Positions 40,268 to 54,343 of a DNA stretch of 64,000 nt are shown here, one piece after another; the stretch's first letter is position 1, and each line of letters begins with the position of its first letter. The notes under the pieces are model-generated. The model ran no database searches, was not told the origin of the DNA, and saw only the letters and a program-made list of their open reading frames with translations. The position numbers and the translations under genes are program-made. This DNA comes from Priapulus caudatus (lineage: Eukaryota): contig NW_014577088.1 in the NCBI RefSeq assembly GCF_000485595.1, positions 427,249 through 491,248 on the forward strand. Reading direction: 5' to 3'.

Positions 40268-42422
40268 GTGTGTGTCTTTCGCGCCCTCTCTCTATCTCTA
40301 TCGCTCTCACTCTCGTTTTCTCATTGTATATCGTGTTCTCTCGCACTCACTTTCAATTTCTCTCTCTCTTTTTAATGCCCACCTTAATTTCTCCATCACT
40401 CACTCTCAATCGTGTTCATTTTCTATTTTTCTCACTCGCTCTCTCGTCTTTAATCCATAAAATACGAGCGGGCATTTGCGATAAAGACGTATAGCGCATC
40501 ACGCCGCAGGACATGTGGACTGCTCGCCACGAATAATTGCAGTATATTGCGGTCTGGCCGTGTTAACGCTGCTTGGCCAACTTCATTGACATTCTTTGCA
40601 CGAATTCCAAGCACACTTAAACTTTCGGCTGTGACAGTTTGGACAGGTTCTTGAGTGCTGACGTGAACGTGAAATCGCCTGTAGGTTTCCCTAGACGTCG
40701 GACGTCGGATGGAACGGGAATGGCTAGTAATAGACAGTGCTGACGCTCTATCGGCAACAAAATATCACCGAAATTGCGCTCTCTATGCGTGATTCACGTA
40801 TATCTCAAACGTGTCAAATTATGTGAACGCGACACTTCTTCACTTATATATTATCTATTCTTCACACGCACACACACACACACACACACACACGCACGCA
40901 CGCACACACGCACGCACGCACGCACGTATATATATATATTTCCCCATGCCGCAATCCGATAAACCTCGAAAGAACTGTCAAAGTGACTAATTGTACTGTA
41001 AAAAGACAGGGTGATTGGCGGGGGCAGTTGCCTATATGGTTGCCGCGGTGATATATTCCACCTCGCATTCACTCCGTAATAGTGAACGCTAACGACAAGG
41101 CGCGTGCAGGTGTTAAACCGCGAACCGATCACTCTCGTTTTCAGCCGCGCGACGCTCGGCACAGCTGGCGCCACCACGTACACCTATACTTTCTCGAGTT
41201 CCACTTCCTAGTGGGGTCAATGCCCACTGACACAGAATGCGCTCATTGTTGCCCGCATGGCTACACGTAATTGCTCTCCATATCACACCACAATCGGCTG
41301 TATGCACACCCTTCCCATGCAGCAGCTGTGCTGGCGGCCCGTCTATCTGTTTTCTAATTATAGGCCTACTTTCAAACCTGCTCTATATAAATGCCCGCCG
41401 ACGAACTATGAAGACATTCTCCAATCTCCAGTGAACTCTCATGCTCTGCGGTCGCAGACTAGCTGTAGCGTGATAATAATTAATTAATAATAATTAATTA
41501 GCATGCATGCACAGGTATTCCACGCGTATACATTATCACGTCTATCGCTATACCGTCTATACGCTATATCGGCGTAAATACGCCGTGGTTACACGTTCTA
41601 TATTTACTCATCATGTTCCCGAGTGCTTGTAGTCTATGACATTCAATCATGATCAGAAACCTAATACACGGGCACGCTGCGTAATTGTGCAAGTTAATGG
41701 CACGCGAAAACAATGTATTAAATAGACAAGCTATTTTCGTGTAGTATTCCTTTAAATTTATTGGCGTTAAGCCATGAAATTTCTTTTTGGCTCTACATTT
41801 AAGTTTTATTACACGTATTGCACAACGCACAATAAATAGACATTTATGCTATAATGCTATCACTATTAAAAGCACAAGTTGCCTGGGATTTAGATTCCCG
41901 CTTCAACGATATAGCTTACCGTACTTGGAAATATTGGATGTGTGTGTATATATATATCAGGAGTCGCCAAATTAGTATGATACGTTAATAATCTTTAACT
42001 ACTGTAATATCAGTTCCAGTCGAGGTTGACGTAAAAAGCATTGGTGCGGAACCAGAAGCAAGAATCATGGATTTGCCTAAGCTATCGCCTTACTAATGCG
42101 TTGTTGTTGGCTTTTATAATATCGTGGACCCGCGCCAAACAGCAGCGCGACGTAGCGAGAGTGATCTCGTGCTTTCACCCAGTAACCCTTTGTCTGTGCC
42201 CAGGAGCGCTCAAGGGGCGCGCCTGCCACCTTTGTGAAATGGTGCAGAACGCGGTCACGGCATTCACCTTCGTGGCCGTGCATCTGCGTCAGATGTATAC
42301 CGACTGTGTCTCCATCTATAGTCGTAAAGCAGCCGTTGCCCCATCTATACCACCAGCATACGTAGTTTCAACCCGATCCTTGCCGAACGATCACATTAAG
42401 TTATCGATAACGTTAAGTTATT

Positions 42423-42797
42423 TATTCAAGCCGGTACGGGAGATGACGGTACGCATATATATTGACTAATCGTGCGTCAATAAACTCAATATTCATAGAG
42501 AGTATAGCTAAGACATGTGTCTAAAGGTATCTAGAAATTTAGAAATTTAATCATCTGTAATTCACTTCCGCGCGCATATATTTGCTATATTGACTAATCG
42601 TGCGTCAATAAACTCAATATTCACAGAGAGTATGAATTCAAGCCGGTACGGGAGATCATTTGCATAATATATTCTAGATACCTATAGACACATGTCTTAG
42701 CTATACTCTCTGTGAATATTGAGTTTATTGAAGCACGATTAGTCAATATATTAGCAAATATATGCGTACCGTCATCTCCCGTATACCGGCTTGAATA
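42423..42797. mobile_element. Foldback element with internal partial duplication
   Basis: tattcaagccggtacgggagatgacggtacgcatatat inverted at the right end, ~110-bp arms, extra arm copy at ~42586-42657; related fragment at ~18620-18705. Confidence 0.8.
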
Positions 42798-42927
42798 TAG
42801 ACACCCCCAATTCACTTTTGCGGCGATCAAACGCGGCGTATGCCTAACGGACAGTTGCAACACAGTGACGTCATGTCACATACAGACAAAAACGTGAATG
42901 CCCGATTATGTCAGCCGTATGCATGTA

Positions 42928-43297
42928 TGTAGGTATGCATGTGTCACCTGGTTTTGACAAAATGGGCCTGAACGGGCGGAGCTGGAGATATGGACGAGGG
43001 AGTGCAGGAGGAGTGTGAGGGACATCTGATGAAGGAGTTTGGAGAGATGCGACGATGGTTTCGAAGAAGTGTGAGGGAAGAGAGAACGTCCGGTTTGGGT
43101 GTGGCGACACAGCTGTACCTGTCATGCTCTTGTATTTCGCATACAGCTACATTCTTATATATACACTTCATTCATAGTATCTTCCTACACGATTGGTGAT
43201 GGAACGCCTGTCACATTCACCACGTAGCTTCCAACGTTTCATTTCGTTGGCGTGACTCACGTATCATACAACACTACATTTTGGTGCCGTGACCAGG
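42928..43297 (+). mobile_element. LTR fragment plus tRNA-His PBS
   Basis: Ends CACTACA (43272-43278), then TGGTGCCGTGACCAGG (43282-43297); probable start TGTAG at 42928 (uncertain). Confidence 0.6.
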
Positions 43298-45220
43298 GTC
43301 TGACCCGGATTAGTTATTGCAGTGTTGATCTGGGATGGCTTCATTATGGGCGCCTTCTGTTCATAAAATACCCGACTAGCGGGTTGGTTTGTAGAATGGT
43401 ATGCTTGCCAGGCGTTATGCACACTGAGGTAATGTAACCGATAATGTTATGTCTTTTTAACAAACTATATAATGAGGCTACTATATAGCCTAGCTACATG
43501 CCACCTAGAGTGCATGATAAACTGATCTGTTTATCGCGTCACCCTGACGTCATGCACACAGAGATGAATGTGTTAAAACATGTCATATAATATACGAGCC
43601 AGCTAACGAACGTTGGCACCGACTTCTGCAGCAGCTTTCGCCGGTGTCAATAAACGTCTCGCGATCAATGGCGTTACAATCGCACGAAGAGCACGTATAT
43701 AGTTGATGATTGATTAAATAAGGGCTGTCCTTATATAGTTTACCAGCAGGTCACTATATGTGACACACATCCGCAGCGCAGAGGATGTTGACACGCGCAA
43801 CCGCATAGAGGAAGACATGTTTAGTTGTACGTGCATTCTGTCACGTAGCAGCCGCCTATGTATTTATGAGAAACGAACCCCCAGGCTATGCGCAGTCAGT
43901 AGTATGTCTATATTTTCCTGCAGGCAGAAACGGTGTGGCACAAAACCGTTTCTGATATATAAGTAATTTATGAGTCTGAAACATAATTCATCCATCTGCA
44001 GTTGGTTATTAGCCAGCGAAGCTCTATCGAGAGAGCTGCGGTGTCCCGAACATTCTGTAGCCACGATATATGTGAATCGGACACGTAAAGATGTACTCTG
44101 CCATTTGTCGTCCCGTGTTGCTTGTAACATAACGAGTTTATCTGTGACCTAACAGGAATATTATTTCGTACGATCCTACAAACATCAATCATAAGCATTC
44201 ATATAGATCCTGCTAGAACTAGACACAAGGCAACTATATATTATGTAGAAATTTATTTCAGGCTGCCGAATCGTGTCTGCCTGCATTGTGCGTATGTAAC
44301 GCGCCAGATTCACTAGCCACCACGAGTGTGAGATCTCAACGGTGTTAGTTACCTACCATACCTGCAAGCACCAATTAATCATAGAAAGGTGACGATAGCA
44401 TATCGGCAGAAGGCACGTGATTGAATAGCACGTGATTGACCGTGGAACTAAAGACCGTTTGTTTCGCGTACTAAAGCATGCTACAGAGAATGTCGTTAAT
44501 AAGTATCCATTATGCTCCTTATGCATTCGTTCTGTGTAGTTGAACAGAGAGTGAAAGGAGCAGAAGCTACGTAACTTGGTTCGCTGGTTCGGCGCGGATC
44601 TTTTGCAGTTTTTCAATTTTTTATTAACTTCTAATATCTGTGATGTTACGCGAAAACTATTATGCCCTGTTTGGCGTAGTTAGCATGGTTGGAACCCCCT
44701 TGATTAGCGCTATATACATCTGCACACACCGACGCACACACACGCGCCCACGCACACGGAAACGCACGCACACACGCAACCTACGCACACATATGTATTG
44801 CATAAATAGGATGTGCAAGCCTAATGAATGTAATAATTATCTGTGAATATGTAGATATGGCATTCAGACATAAGCACATCATATATATGTATATAAACGA
44901 GAGGGTGAAATATAGCGTTCCGCATTATGAAACTGGGAGCCTCCTAATACTGATTTCTCAGTATTACTCTATTTACTTGAGCCGTCAAACCGCCGTTGAT
45001 CAATAGCCAGCTGCAGGAGTGATTTAACTGCAGATCACGCGAGAAATTCGGCGTAAACTCACTATTTTCCAGTAACTGTTTTGCACGCGCTTAGCTAGGG
45101 GCATAACTCATGGCAGTCATCGGACTCGGACAGCATTGGCATTCGTAGACATGGTCAATAATTGTGAATGTCAAAATTGTCATATTTTCAGCACACGTGT
45201 ACGCCTTACTATATTCAGTC

Positions 45221-45288
45221 TGACGACGACGACGACAACGACGACGACGACAACGACGACGACGACGACGAAAGCAACAAAAACAAAC

Positions 45289-45337
<49 letters not shown>

Positions 45338-45531
45338 AACAACAACAACAACACCACCACCACCAACAACAACAACAACAACACCACCACCAACAAGAAG
45401 AAGAAGAAGAAGAAGAAGAAGAACAACAACAACAACAACAACAAGATGATGATGAAGAAGAAGAAGAAGAAGAAGAAGAAGAAGAAGAAGAAGAAGAAGA
45501 AGAAGAAGAAGAAGAAGAACAACAACAACAA
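45221..45531. repeat. Compound trinucleotide repeat (GAC)(CAA)(CAC)(GAA)(GAT)
   Basis: Direct reading. Confidence 0.95.
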
Positions 45532-45885
45532 CCTACCCAGAATGGTTTTACGCGAAAAAAAATCATTAATGTCCTTCGACTTTCTCTAAAAGACGTTTAG
45601 CAAAAATGAGTCATTGTCACCTATATAGTTGTAGAGGGCAGTATTCTGAACGGACAAGCGCAAGGAGGAACGTATACACAAACAGACAGACGAACAAAGA
45701 CACACCGAAATACCTGTGTATAAGGTGAATTATACCAACTACGCACGTTCTACACGCACCAGGCGATGTAGAGATAAAGATACTAGAATGTATTCTTCAT
45801 CCGGTGAGGCCATTCGGTCCAATGGGTCCCAATATTTAAAAATATTGTTATGCGTTCGTGTGTGTGTTCGTGTGTAAGTGTAGCT

Positions 45886-46846
45886 AGCAGCGAGCCAGCT
45901 CTTATACACATGTATACATGTTACACGCGTTGGCGCGATCGATTCAGCACCAGCTCGCCTTTCGTGTATCCTCTTTTGCTGCCCTTCGGTATTCCACGGC
46001 AACAACTTTCAACGTGAGTGCATTTCAATTACATATTTACATTTAACTTTAACTCAAATATCACGCAACAACAATCTATTCTATGTATCTACTATATACG
46101 CCTATACCACCGACAAAGACTTATATAATGCACCACGTAAAATCAACTGTATTCATGTAAACAAATGCAGTGTCTTTGTCTACAATACTTATATGTCTTA
46201 TATCACCATGACTTTTCCAGTTTTCTTTTCACAAACATACACAACTTAAGCTACTGTCTAATTTACAATTTCATTGTGGGTACCTAACTTAATCTAGTAG
46301 GTCTTAGGGGAGAGATAGTGATCCGCTAGATGGCGCATTATTAGTGTGTTGTGGACATAGAAATCAGTTAACCCTAACCCTAACCCTACCCCTAACCCTA
46401 ACCCTAACCCTAACCCTCTTCCTAACCCTAACCCTAACCCTAACCCTAACCCTAATCTTAACCCTAACCCTAACCCTAACCCTAACCCTAATTCTAAAAT
46501 AAAACAAAATTAGCCAAAAATAATAAAATTAAATAAGAGACCAAATTAGCCAATCAGAGCCGTCCCCTAGCGGATCACTATCTCTCCCTTGTGCAAAATT
46601 TTACTTAATCCTGCATTTCCATTCCTAATTAATCCTAATTAGATTGATTTAAACATACATGTATACATGTTACACGCGTTGGCGCGATCGATTCAGCACC
46701 AGCTCGCCTTAGGGCGTCCGGTCAGCAGCAGCTCGCCTTAGACCGTTCAGTCAGCAGCAGCCAGCAGCGAGCCAGCTGTTATACACATGTATACATGTTA
46801 CACGCTCGCGGAGGTATGCACTCTCTTTGAGTGCCCTTAGTCTAGT
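45886..46846 (+). mobile_element. Helentron/HINE-like non-autonomous element (3' part)
   Basis: Internal direct repeats (~45886-45961, ~46657-46710, ~46764-46805); ends gcggaggtat-gcactc(tcttt)gagtgc hairpin-...ctagtt. Confidence 0.45.
46308..46588. mobile_element. MITE with perfect 22-bp TIRs enclosing ~20 TAACCC units
   Basis: gggagagatagtgatccgctag / ctagcggatcactatctctccc; repeats at 46369-46491; no clean TSD. Confidence 0.8.
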
Positions 46847-47405
46847 TATAGTTATAATCGGGTTATTTTATGTAAAGCTGAAATACGGCTCTTTTATAGG
46901 TACATTTATCTGCTATGCTATCTTGACATTTTCCGTAACTGCATGTTAGTCCGTTTCTAGTGAGTACACAAACAGTTTTCATTGTGAGGAAATGCGCGAG
47001 CCAAAGACACGCTGACATCTCGCTGGTACGGATGATTGGTGATGATAACATGTCACCTGTCATTAGTACGTTCGGTTATTTGCCATGATGTTCGAATGAC
47101 ACGTTTGCATGTTGTCCCACTCATCACTACCTTCGCGTGTGCGCCAGGGCTGCCTATAGTTTCCAGCGCGTGGGATCTCCGCTGGTGACCATTACGAGTC
47201 GTTTACTTACAGTTTACGGTTGATCAGGGTCTAGCAACCAGCGTTATGTTAGTTGGCTGGCTCATGGATTATCCAGACTTCATTTGAGTACAGCCTCATG
47301 CCGTGCACTCCAGGATACCCACGACGCGTGTAGAACATTGTAATTATCCGGGGTTAGCGATAGGCAATGTAATCATGCCACACACGCACGCAATCGTGCG
47401 CACCA

Positions 47406-47618
<213 letters not shown>

Positions 47619-48152
47619 GCTGATATCTCATCTCGACCTGTAGACAACGGTAGCACAGTGTAGAGGCATGGTAGCTGTTAATGGCATCTCGCGAGAGCGA
47701 GAATCACGTGTTAGTAATAATGACATATGAAACACAACTCTACTTTGAAATGGAGATCGGTGCACATGTTTTTGTAAAAATAATGATGCGTGAGCATTCT
47801 AAGACATTTTAGCCAAACTGTACACACTTTGTGTTATACGCAAGGAATACCGATAAGTATCACAACAGTAAGGAGAATATGAGAGTAGTTGGAAAAACAT
47901 GTTGAAACCTTGTTGAGTGGCAGCACTAAAAGAATTTACGCTAATTAAATAAAACACAGGCTTCTGTATAACGACTAAATTGTACTAGACCAATGTATAA
48001 AGTACCGTGTGTAGATAACTATTTGTTACTGTATAAATACACTACTAGATACACTGTTTACGTGACAAAAGAACATAACGTTGGCAATTAAATAACTAGT
48101 GACTTGTCACCAAGATGTCTAGTTATTGGACTCTATAACCACCATTATTTCT

Positions 48153-48925
48153 TTATAATATGCAAAGTTTTTAAATTGGACGCTTGGAATATCGTGTGCC
48201 AACCCTTACGTCTACTAGTCTCACCTTCCCATCTCTACCTGGACATGCTTGCACATTATGGACATGGACATGTGACCTTAAGTCAACTGCCTATGTGTTG
48301 TCTGCTTGTCTACACTAACACCCACTCATTAACGGCTAAATTGCGATGTTATTCGATTCACTTCTGTCTTAATTGAAAAAATGACAAGTACTAATTGCGG
48401 TAGCGTTTCCAAAATTGAGATGCAAGATATTGTGTCTGCCACAATCGTCGTCTACTATACTAATCAATTTTTCTTTCAAAAATGCCAGGAGGTAGCTTGA
48501 AATCTCCATACTAAGTGGTTTGGGGTGAGTCGTATTTTCATCATCCCTGGGATCTAAACTCCGCTGAGTAATTGGTCTAGAGTAACAAAGAGAAACTCAG
48601 CAGTCACCGTCGTCAGGACCTGTTCACAAACTATTTGTTCTCCAAGTATGTGCTTTAAAATTTTTCGTACAGATTTAATCATACGTTCCCATATGCCTTT
48701 CACGTGGATAGCTGCTGGTGGAGTAAATCATCAACGTGTAACCGTTTGCTTTTTCATCACGTAGTTATCATTCAGCACACTGGATGTTGGTTCTATTACC
48801 GCTGTGAATCTTGTCTGGCGTCCCTCATATGCGAATGAAGCTCTAAAATTGCATTAAAGCAAGAATTTCACATATCTTCCTCACGGTGCTCATATTTTCT
48901 CGATCGCTTTGGTACGCCATGCGCA
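48153..48925 (-). pseudogene. BEL/Pao LTR retrotransposon integrase and C-terminal (DUF5641-like) fossil
   Basis: Manual translation across frameshifts: SFIRI*GTPDKIHSGNRTN; FTPPAAIHVKGIWERMIKSVRKILKHILGEQ; RPIT; LTPNHL; QYLASQFWKR; QLRQK*; PGRDGKVRLVDV; KRPI*..LCIL*. Confidence 0.85.
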
Positions 48926-50237
48926 ACACCAAATGTATATAGCGATTATCAGTTAGCTAGGAATATTTAGCTTAGCATTAGCTAATGACGTTTAAACGTC
49001 ATTATTGTGTTGTATTCTGCTCAGGGGATTTAGCGCTTGCGGAGTCCGTTGCACGACTACAAAATCAATCTATAGCAGCTGCAATTGGGTGTAGAAACTG
49101 GGACTTTTATTACATAGTTCACATATTCATTTTACTTGTGAACACAAACACACGTATCCTTATATCGTTATAACAGAGCCTCCCCTTATTAGTAACTAGC
49201 TTACTTGGTTTATTAGGTTTATTGCACCATCCATACTTTCCACTGACTTCAAACAGTAGTCGATGTAATGTTATCCAAAACCATATACCAAGTACCATCT
49301 TCTCAAAATGGTCATGTTGTTTTTCCGTTTTTTTTCGCAGAAAAAAGTGAGCATAACTCTGTGATGACGTGGCCCCAAACAGATGTACTTTCTACTGATA
49401 CGTTCCTTGGAGAGACCACCATCTTTCCATGAATGAAATTTAGGACAATTGCAATCTCTGGCTGGTATACCTAAATATTTGCTACATTGTTCGATGCTAC
49501 TTGATAATTATACTTCCGATGCTTTATTTGGATAGTCCGTACTTTGATATTTTGATATTATTGATAATACTACAGGGTCCGAGTGCACTCGATATAAATA
49601 AATAAATAAATAAATATATATATATCTCGATCACGTGTTAGGTAAGACCTATATGCAGCTGCAGACATACGCGAGATTATGCGCATTTCGTTATTTGTTA
49701 TTTCACACATCTGGATATGGATATTCACGTCTGATATTAAGATCGAATTAATAACTAATACATGCAGTCCATAGCCCAGTTACATTAGTGTTAACGATAA
49801 CGATACTCGGCCTTTGACACGTTAATGTATATCTCAAACGTCATTGTGCCGATTCTCGTAGCAGCATGACACCCAGGAAGAGCGGGAAAAGGAGGTCGAA
49901 TCAATCCCGAATAACACATGAATTATAGCCTCAATAAACGATATGGGGCTCGCGAGATGCAAAATGGTGAGGTCGCACACGTGCGCAATCCGTCGGCACA
50001 TTCTGTGACCACCCTGACTCAGTCAGCATTTAGCCCCCCGTGACTCACAGGCGATCGATCGCTATACGAGTGACCTGTATCTGTGTCAGTGACACATGAC
50101 GCAGCGTGGGCAATACGGCGATGGTCGGTTTCATCAGCCTCTCGCGCCGCTAGTATTAGCAGATATGTCTGCAATTATATCCCGAGCGCCGAGTGATTAT
50201 GGACGACACGCGTGTATAGCTGACAATGCGGTAAGAC

Positions 50238-50276
<39 letters not shown>

Positions 50277-50284
50277 TGTGTGCG

Positions 50285-50332
<48 letters not shown>

Positions 50333-50333
50333 G

Positions 50334-50403
<70 letters not shown>

Positions 50404-53400
50404 ATGCATGTATGTGCGTGTATGCGAGTGTATGTGGCCAGCAGCGTGGCACTGTCCTCAGCAGATTTGCAAGGGAAGCCATGTTATTACCATATTACAA
50501 TTAACAGTGGCGGACTAGGCAGCAGGTAGTTGATACGACTTCGGAATTTCCTTAATCTCAGAAATGCTGAAAAATCCATCCAGGGAAAGCGAACACGTAA
50601 GAAAGAGAGACGCTAGAAAGAGCGAAAGAGAGAGGGGGAGAGGAGAGGGAATTAAGGGAGGTGCAGGCAGCAGATATGAACATGAAACAGGGCAATAAGG
50701 CTTGACCTATAATGCCAACCAATAATGCGAATAAAAGACAAATTGAGACTCACATTTCTGTCTCCGTTCTTTATCAAAACACTACCGTCTAAACATAGTT
50801 TTTGTGTGTTCAGATTGTTAACTAATTTATAACACTTACATTTCGCTACAACAGCGACGTCGTGAAAAAGCTTCACGCATATTTTCATGCATAGCAAACG
50901 TGCAATGCCGACTACATGGCGTGTAATACGGGAACGTCCTGTAAACGTCACCGTTCGCAAGACAATCGCACTTTTCTCGTATATTAGCACCCGTGGGCAA
51001 GTTTTAACAGCAGCGAGTATAGCGACCGCAACTACAGAAGCAACGACGTTAAGGGCTTCGAATGTTATTCGTGCGGTAGCTGCATCGATATCCGGCTTGT
51101 CTCAGCCGCCGCCTAAAAACTCGCACGCGATGGCTCCAACCACACTAAATTGGTAATCTAATTTCACTAGATAAATGACACAACAACTCATTGAAATTCA
51201 CATTCGTTTTCGTGTGTCTGCGTTTGTGCGTGTACGCGCTTGCGCGTGCGCGTGTGTATTTGTGCACGAGTGGGCGAATGCGCGTGTATGTGCATGTCCG
51301 TCCACGCGAGAGCGTATGCAAACGCATTGCGAGAATTAGTTGTTTTTCAATTACCAATAAACGATAAATGAGAAAGATTGTGAATTCTGACGTATTATAT
51401 GCACATATCTATATATTTCTAGAGATCCATGCTTATCGAATTGGATTGTCCAATGAGGTAATGTGGCCATGCCACTCACTGTCCCTTTTCCAGAGATTAA
51501 CACTGATTCTACTGTTATAAGCTATACGTATTAGCTTCGAAGAAGACATGTCGTAAACTCTTGGTCACTAACTATTTCGTCACCTTACAAAGTATTACAT
51601 GATTGAAACCACGCTTATTTGTGTTACCTGTTTATGCCATCTCTCAAATAAATCGAAAAAAAGCTGTTGACGAATTAGCTCTCACCTATTAACAGACCTA
51701 TTACTAATTAATCCAGTATAAAAATTGCCACGAGTTTGTGCTTGTTGTGGTATATAAAATATAAAAAGATGCAGCCGCATTCTTCAAAGTCGCGACAATT
51801 GTCTCGCAGTCGGTGCCACCAAACGAAAAAACCCAAAGTGCATCATATTAAGTGACGTAAGTGGTTCTAGACTCGTATACAGCGTCTCGTATACAGGGTA
51901 TTGTGAGAAACACCACGAAACCGCGTTAACAAAAAGTCAACAAATTTTAATTGTTACATATTTAGGTGAAAGTAAGGATGTACGAATATTCTAACACATT
52001 TTAGACTCACTGTTGCATTTGCTGTTATTTAAACAAAACCAGTAAGTTCTAAGGGTAAGTTATTCTTAGGGTTGGGAAAATACAAGAACGACCGAGAACT
52101 ATTCGGATTCATTACTTGAAATGCGCGGAATTCTCATAAGATCCGGATTTACCTGTTATCGCTATGATGTCTGTAATTAATTTTGCCCATTCTCGAGCTT
52201 GCTCAGCAGAACTACAGAAGTACACATATTGGAAAATTGTTCGAGTCAGATGCTACGCTGCCGGAACTCGTACACGAGATACCCTACAAGTTCAGCCTCA
52301 TAGCAAACATCGCACGTACACTATCTATGATTGATTTTTGATTCTCACTGGTAACTAGAACTTGCTTACACGTGCCTGCCGAGCTACGTGACATGTGATG
52401 CCATGCTTGCTCCCCACTCCTACCGAGGTCAACGTGCTACTAACACCGCGCGAGCGCATACTAAGAATGATTAGGAGCGTAGCTATCCCAGGCATCTGCG
52501 GCATCATCCCAGAGGGCAGTGCACTTCTGTCTAGGGCCGGCACGATGGCTATACGTGGCACTCGGGCAGCGCGAGCAACAATATAAGCTGGTTAAATGTC
52601 AATATTCGCAAATTGATTAGGATAGTCCGAAAGTAGGCCGATGAACCGCCGGCCTAAAGCGTGGCCTTACACTGATCAGCCAGCACCGTTGCTTTATCGA
52701 AACGCATGGCAGCACGCCGTATGACAGATATGGCTTCCGCATGCACATGGATTCCTGCTTTGCTTACCACGTAGGCATGCGGTCACGACATAGGGAAATA
52801 TCGCTGACGACTTAATGTTGTCTTCGGAATCCCCGGGGATTGGTGAGAGGCCGCGATCACATCTTTAAAACATGTCGGTGGACACTGGTTATACGCCACA
52901 TGATTGCACGTTGAATGCATTTTTCCGATTCCACGGCATATATCACACCGACTACATGGGAATTAAATGCGAAAGAAATACGATAATTCTATAATGCAAT
53001 TTTTGTACTAATAAATCGCAGTTTCCACAAATTGCCGAGTTGCAGCTGTCTCTATTGTTTGGTAAATGGCTGTATATTCACATCGTTAGAATCCCAGGAT
53101 TGTCACAGGTGACGCTGCATAAATCAGAATTGCGTTCAATTAATTTCTGTCGAGTTATTGCGAATTTTGGTCAAAGTAAATGATTTTATATCGCTTCTTT
53201 GTGAATAAACTAATTACATATCCCCCTTCCATGACTCTAACAAAAAGATTAGCAGCACCGCTTATTAGAGGGCTGGTTAATTACAATAATAAGGATGTTA
53301 GCTTTCTTAGCCGGCACGGCATATAGAATATTGCCACCAACATAATAGGTTTTCTCCGTATGAGAAGCATATGGAACCTATATGAAATACATACGACATC

Positions 53401-53943
53401 CGACACCGCTAATGTTCACATAGGTATTCTAGTCGTATTCATCATATCATCTTCGTACATCGTTGTATTCATTACAATTAACGGGGGCAATGACCGAAAG
53501 ACATGCAGAGACAGAATCCCTATGACCAGCTGGAAAACATGGACCAGTACGCAGTCACTCTTACCCAACGAGTGCCACATTTCCACGATGCCAGAGCTAT
53601 TTACAATCCCAGGCGTTGTAACTGGGAATTCAGGGAACGGTGCCAGTAGAGGTCATTGCAGCACAGCAAGAACTAGGCTTCCCCAGTTCAGCTGTTTGCT
53701 GCATGTCGAAAACACTAGTAGTAATACTAGTATACCTGCAGCTCCGTAAAAGCGCTGACAACATTTGCAAATACCTACTGCTATCTATATTGTTGCTGCT
53801 GCTGTTGCTACTATCGTTACAGCCGCCACCGTCGCCTCCGCTACGAATGAAGTGGTTGCTGTTGCTATTACTGTAATTACAATTGCATCTGTTGTGAAAT
53901 CGTGTTGTTGCTGCTGTTGCCACAATTACCATTGTTAGTGTTT

Positions 53944-53944
<1 letters not shown>

Positions 53945-54016
<72 letters not shown>

Positions 54017-54243
54017 GCAGTTGGGGCTGCTGCGGCTGCTGCGGCTGCTGCTGCTGCTACTATTGCTAGTATGCTGCTGGATGATACTGCTGCTGCTGCT
54101 ACTATTGCTAGTATGCTGCTGGATGATACTGCTGCTGCTGCTGTTGTTGTTGTTGTTGTTGTTGTTGCTGCTGCGGCTGCGGCTGCTGCTGCTGCTGCTA
54201 TTGCTAGTATGCTGCTGGCTGATACTGCTGCTGCTGCTGCTGC

Positions 54244-54274
<31 letters not shown>

Positions 54275-54343
54275 GCTGCTGCGGCTGCGGCTGCTGCTGC
54301 TGCTACTATTGCTAGTATGCTGCTGGCTGATACTGCTGCTGCT
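53945..54343. repeat. (CTG)/(TTG) compound repeat with higher-order unit
   Basis: ctattgctagtatgctgctggMtgatactgctg recurs four times among the triplet runs. Confidence 0.9.

Noticed and set aside
45136..45600. PolyT/Q/H/E ORF resembling a transcription-factor N-terminus
   Set aside because: Pure compound triplet repeat, open in several frames, with no unique domain.
46369..46491. True telomere or chromosome-fusion site
   Set aside because: Short, single orientation, and enclosed by TIRs.
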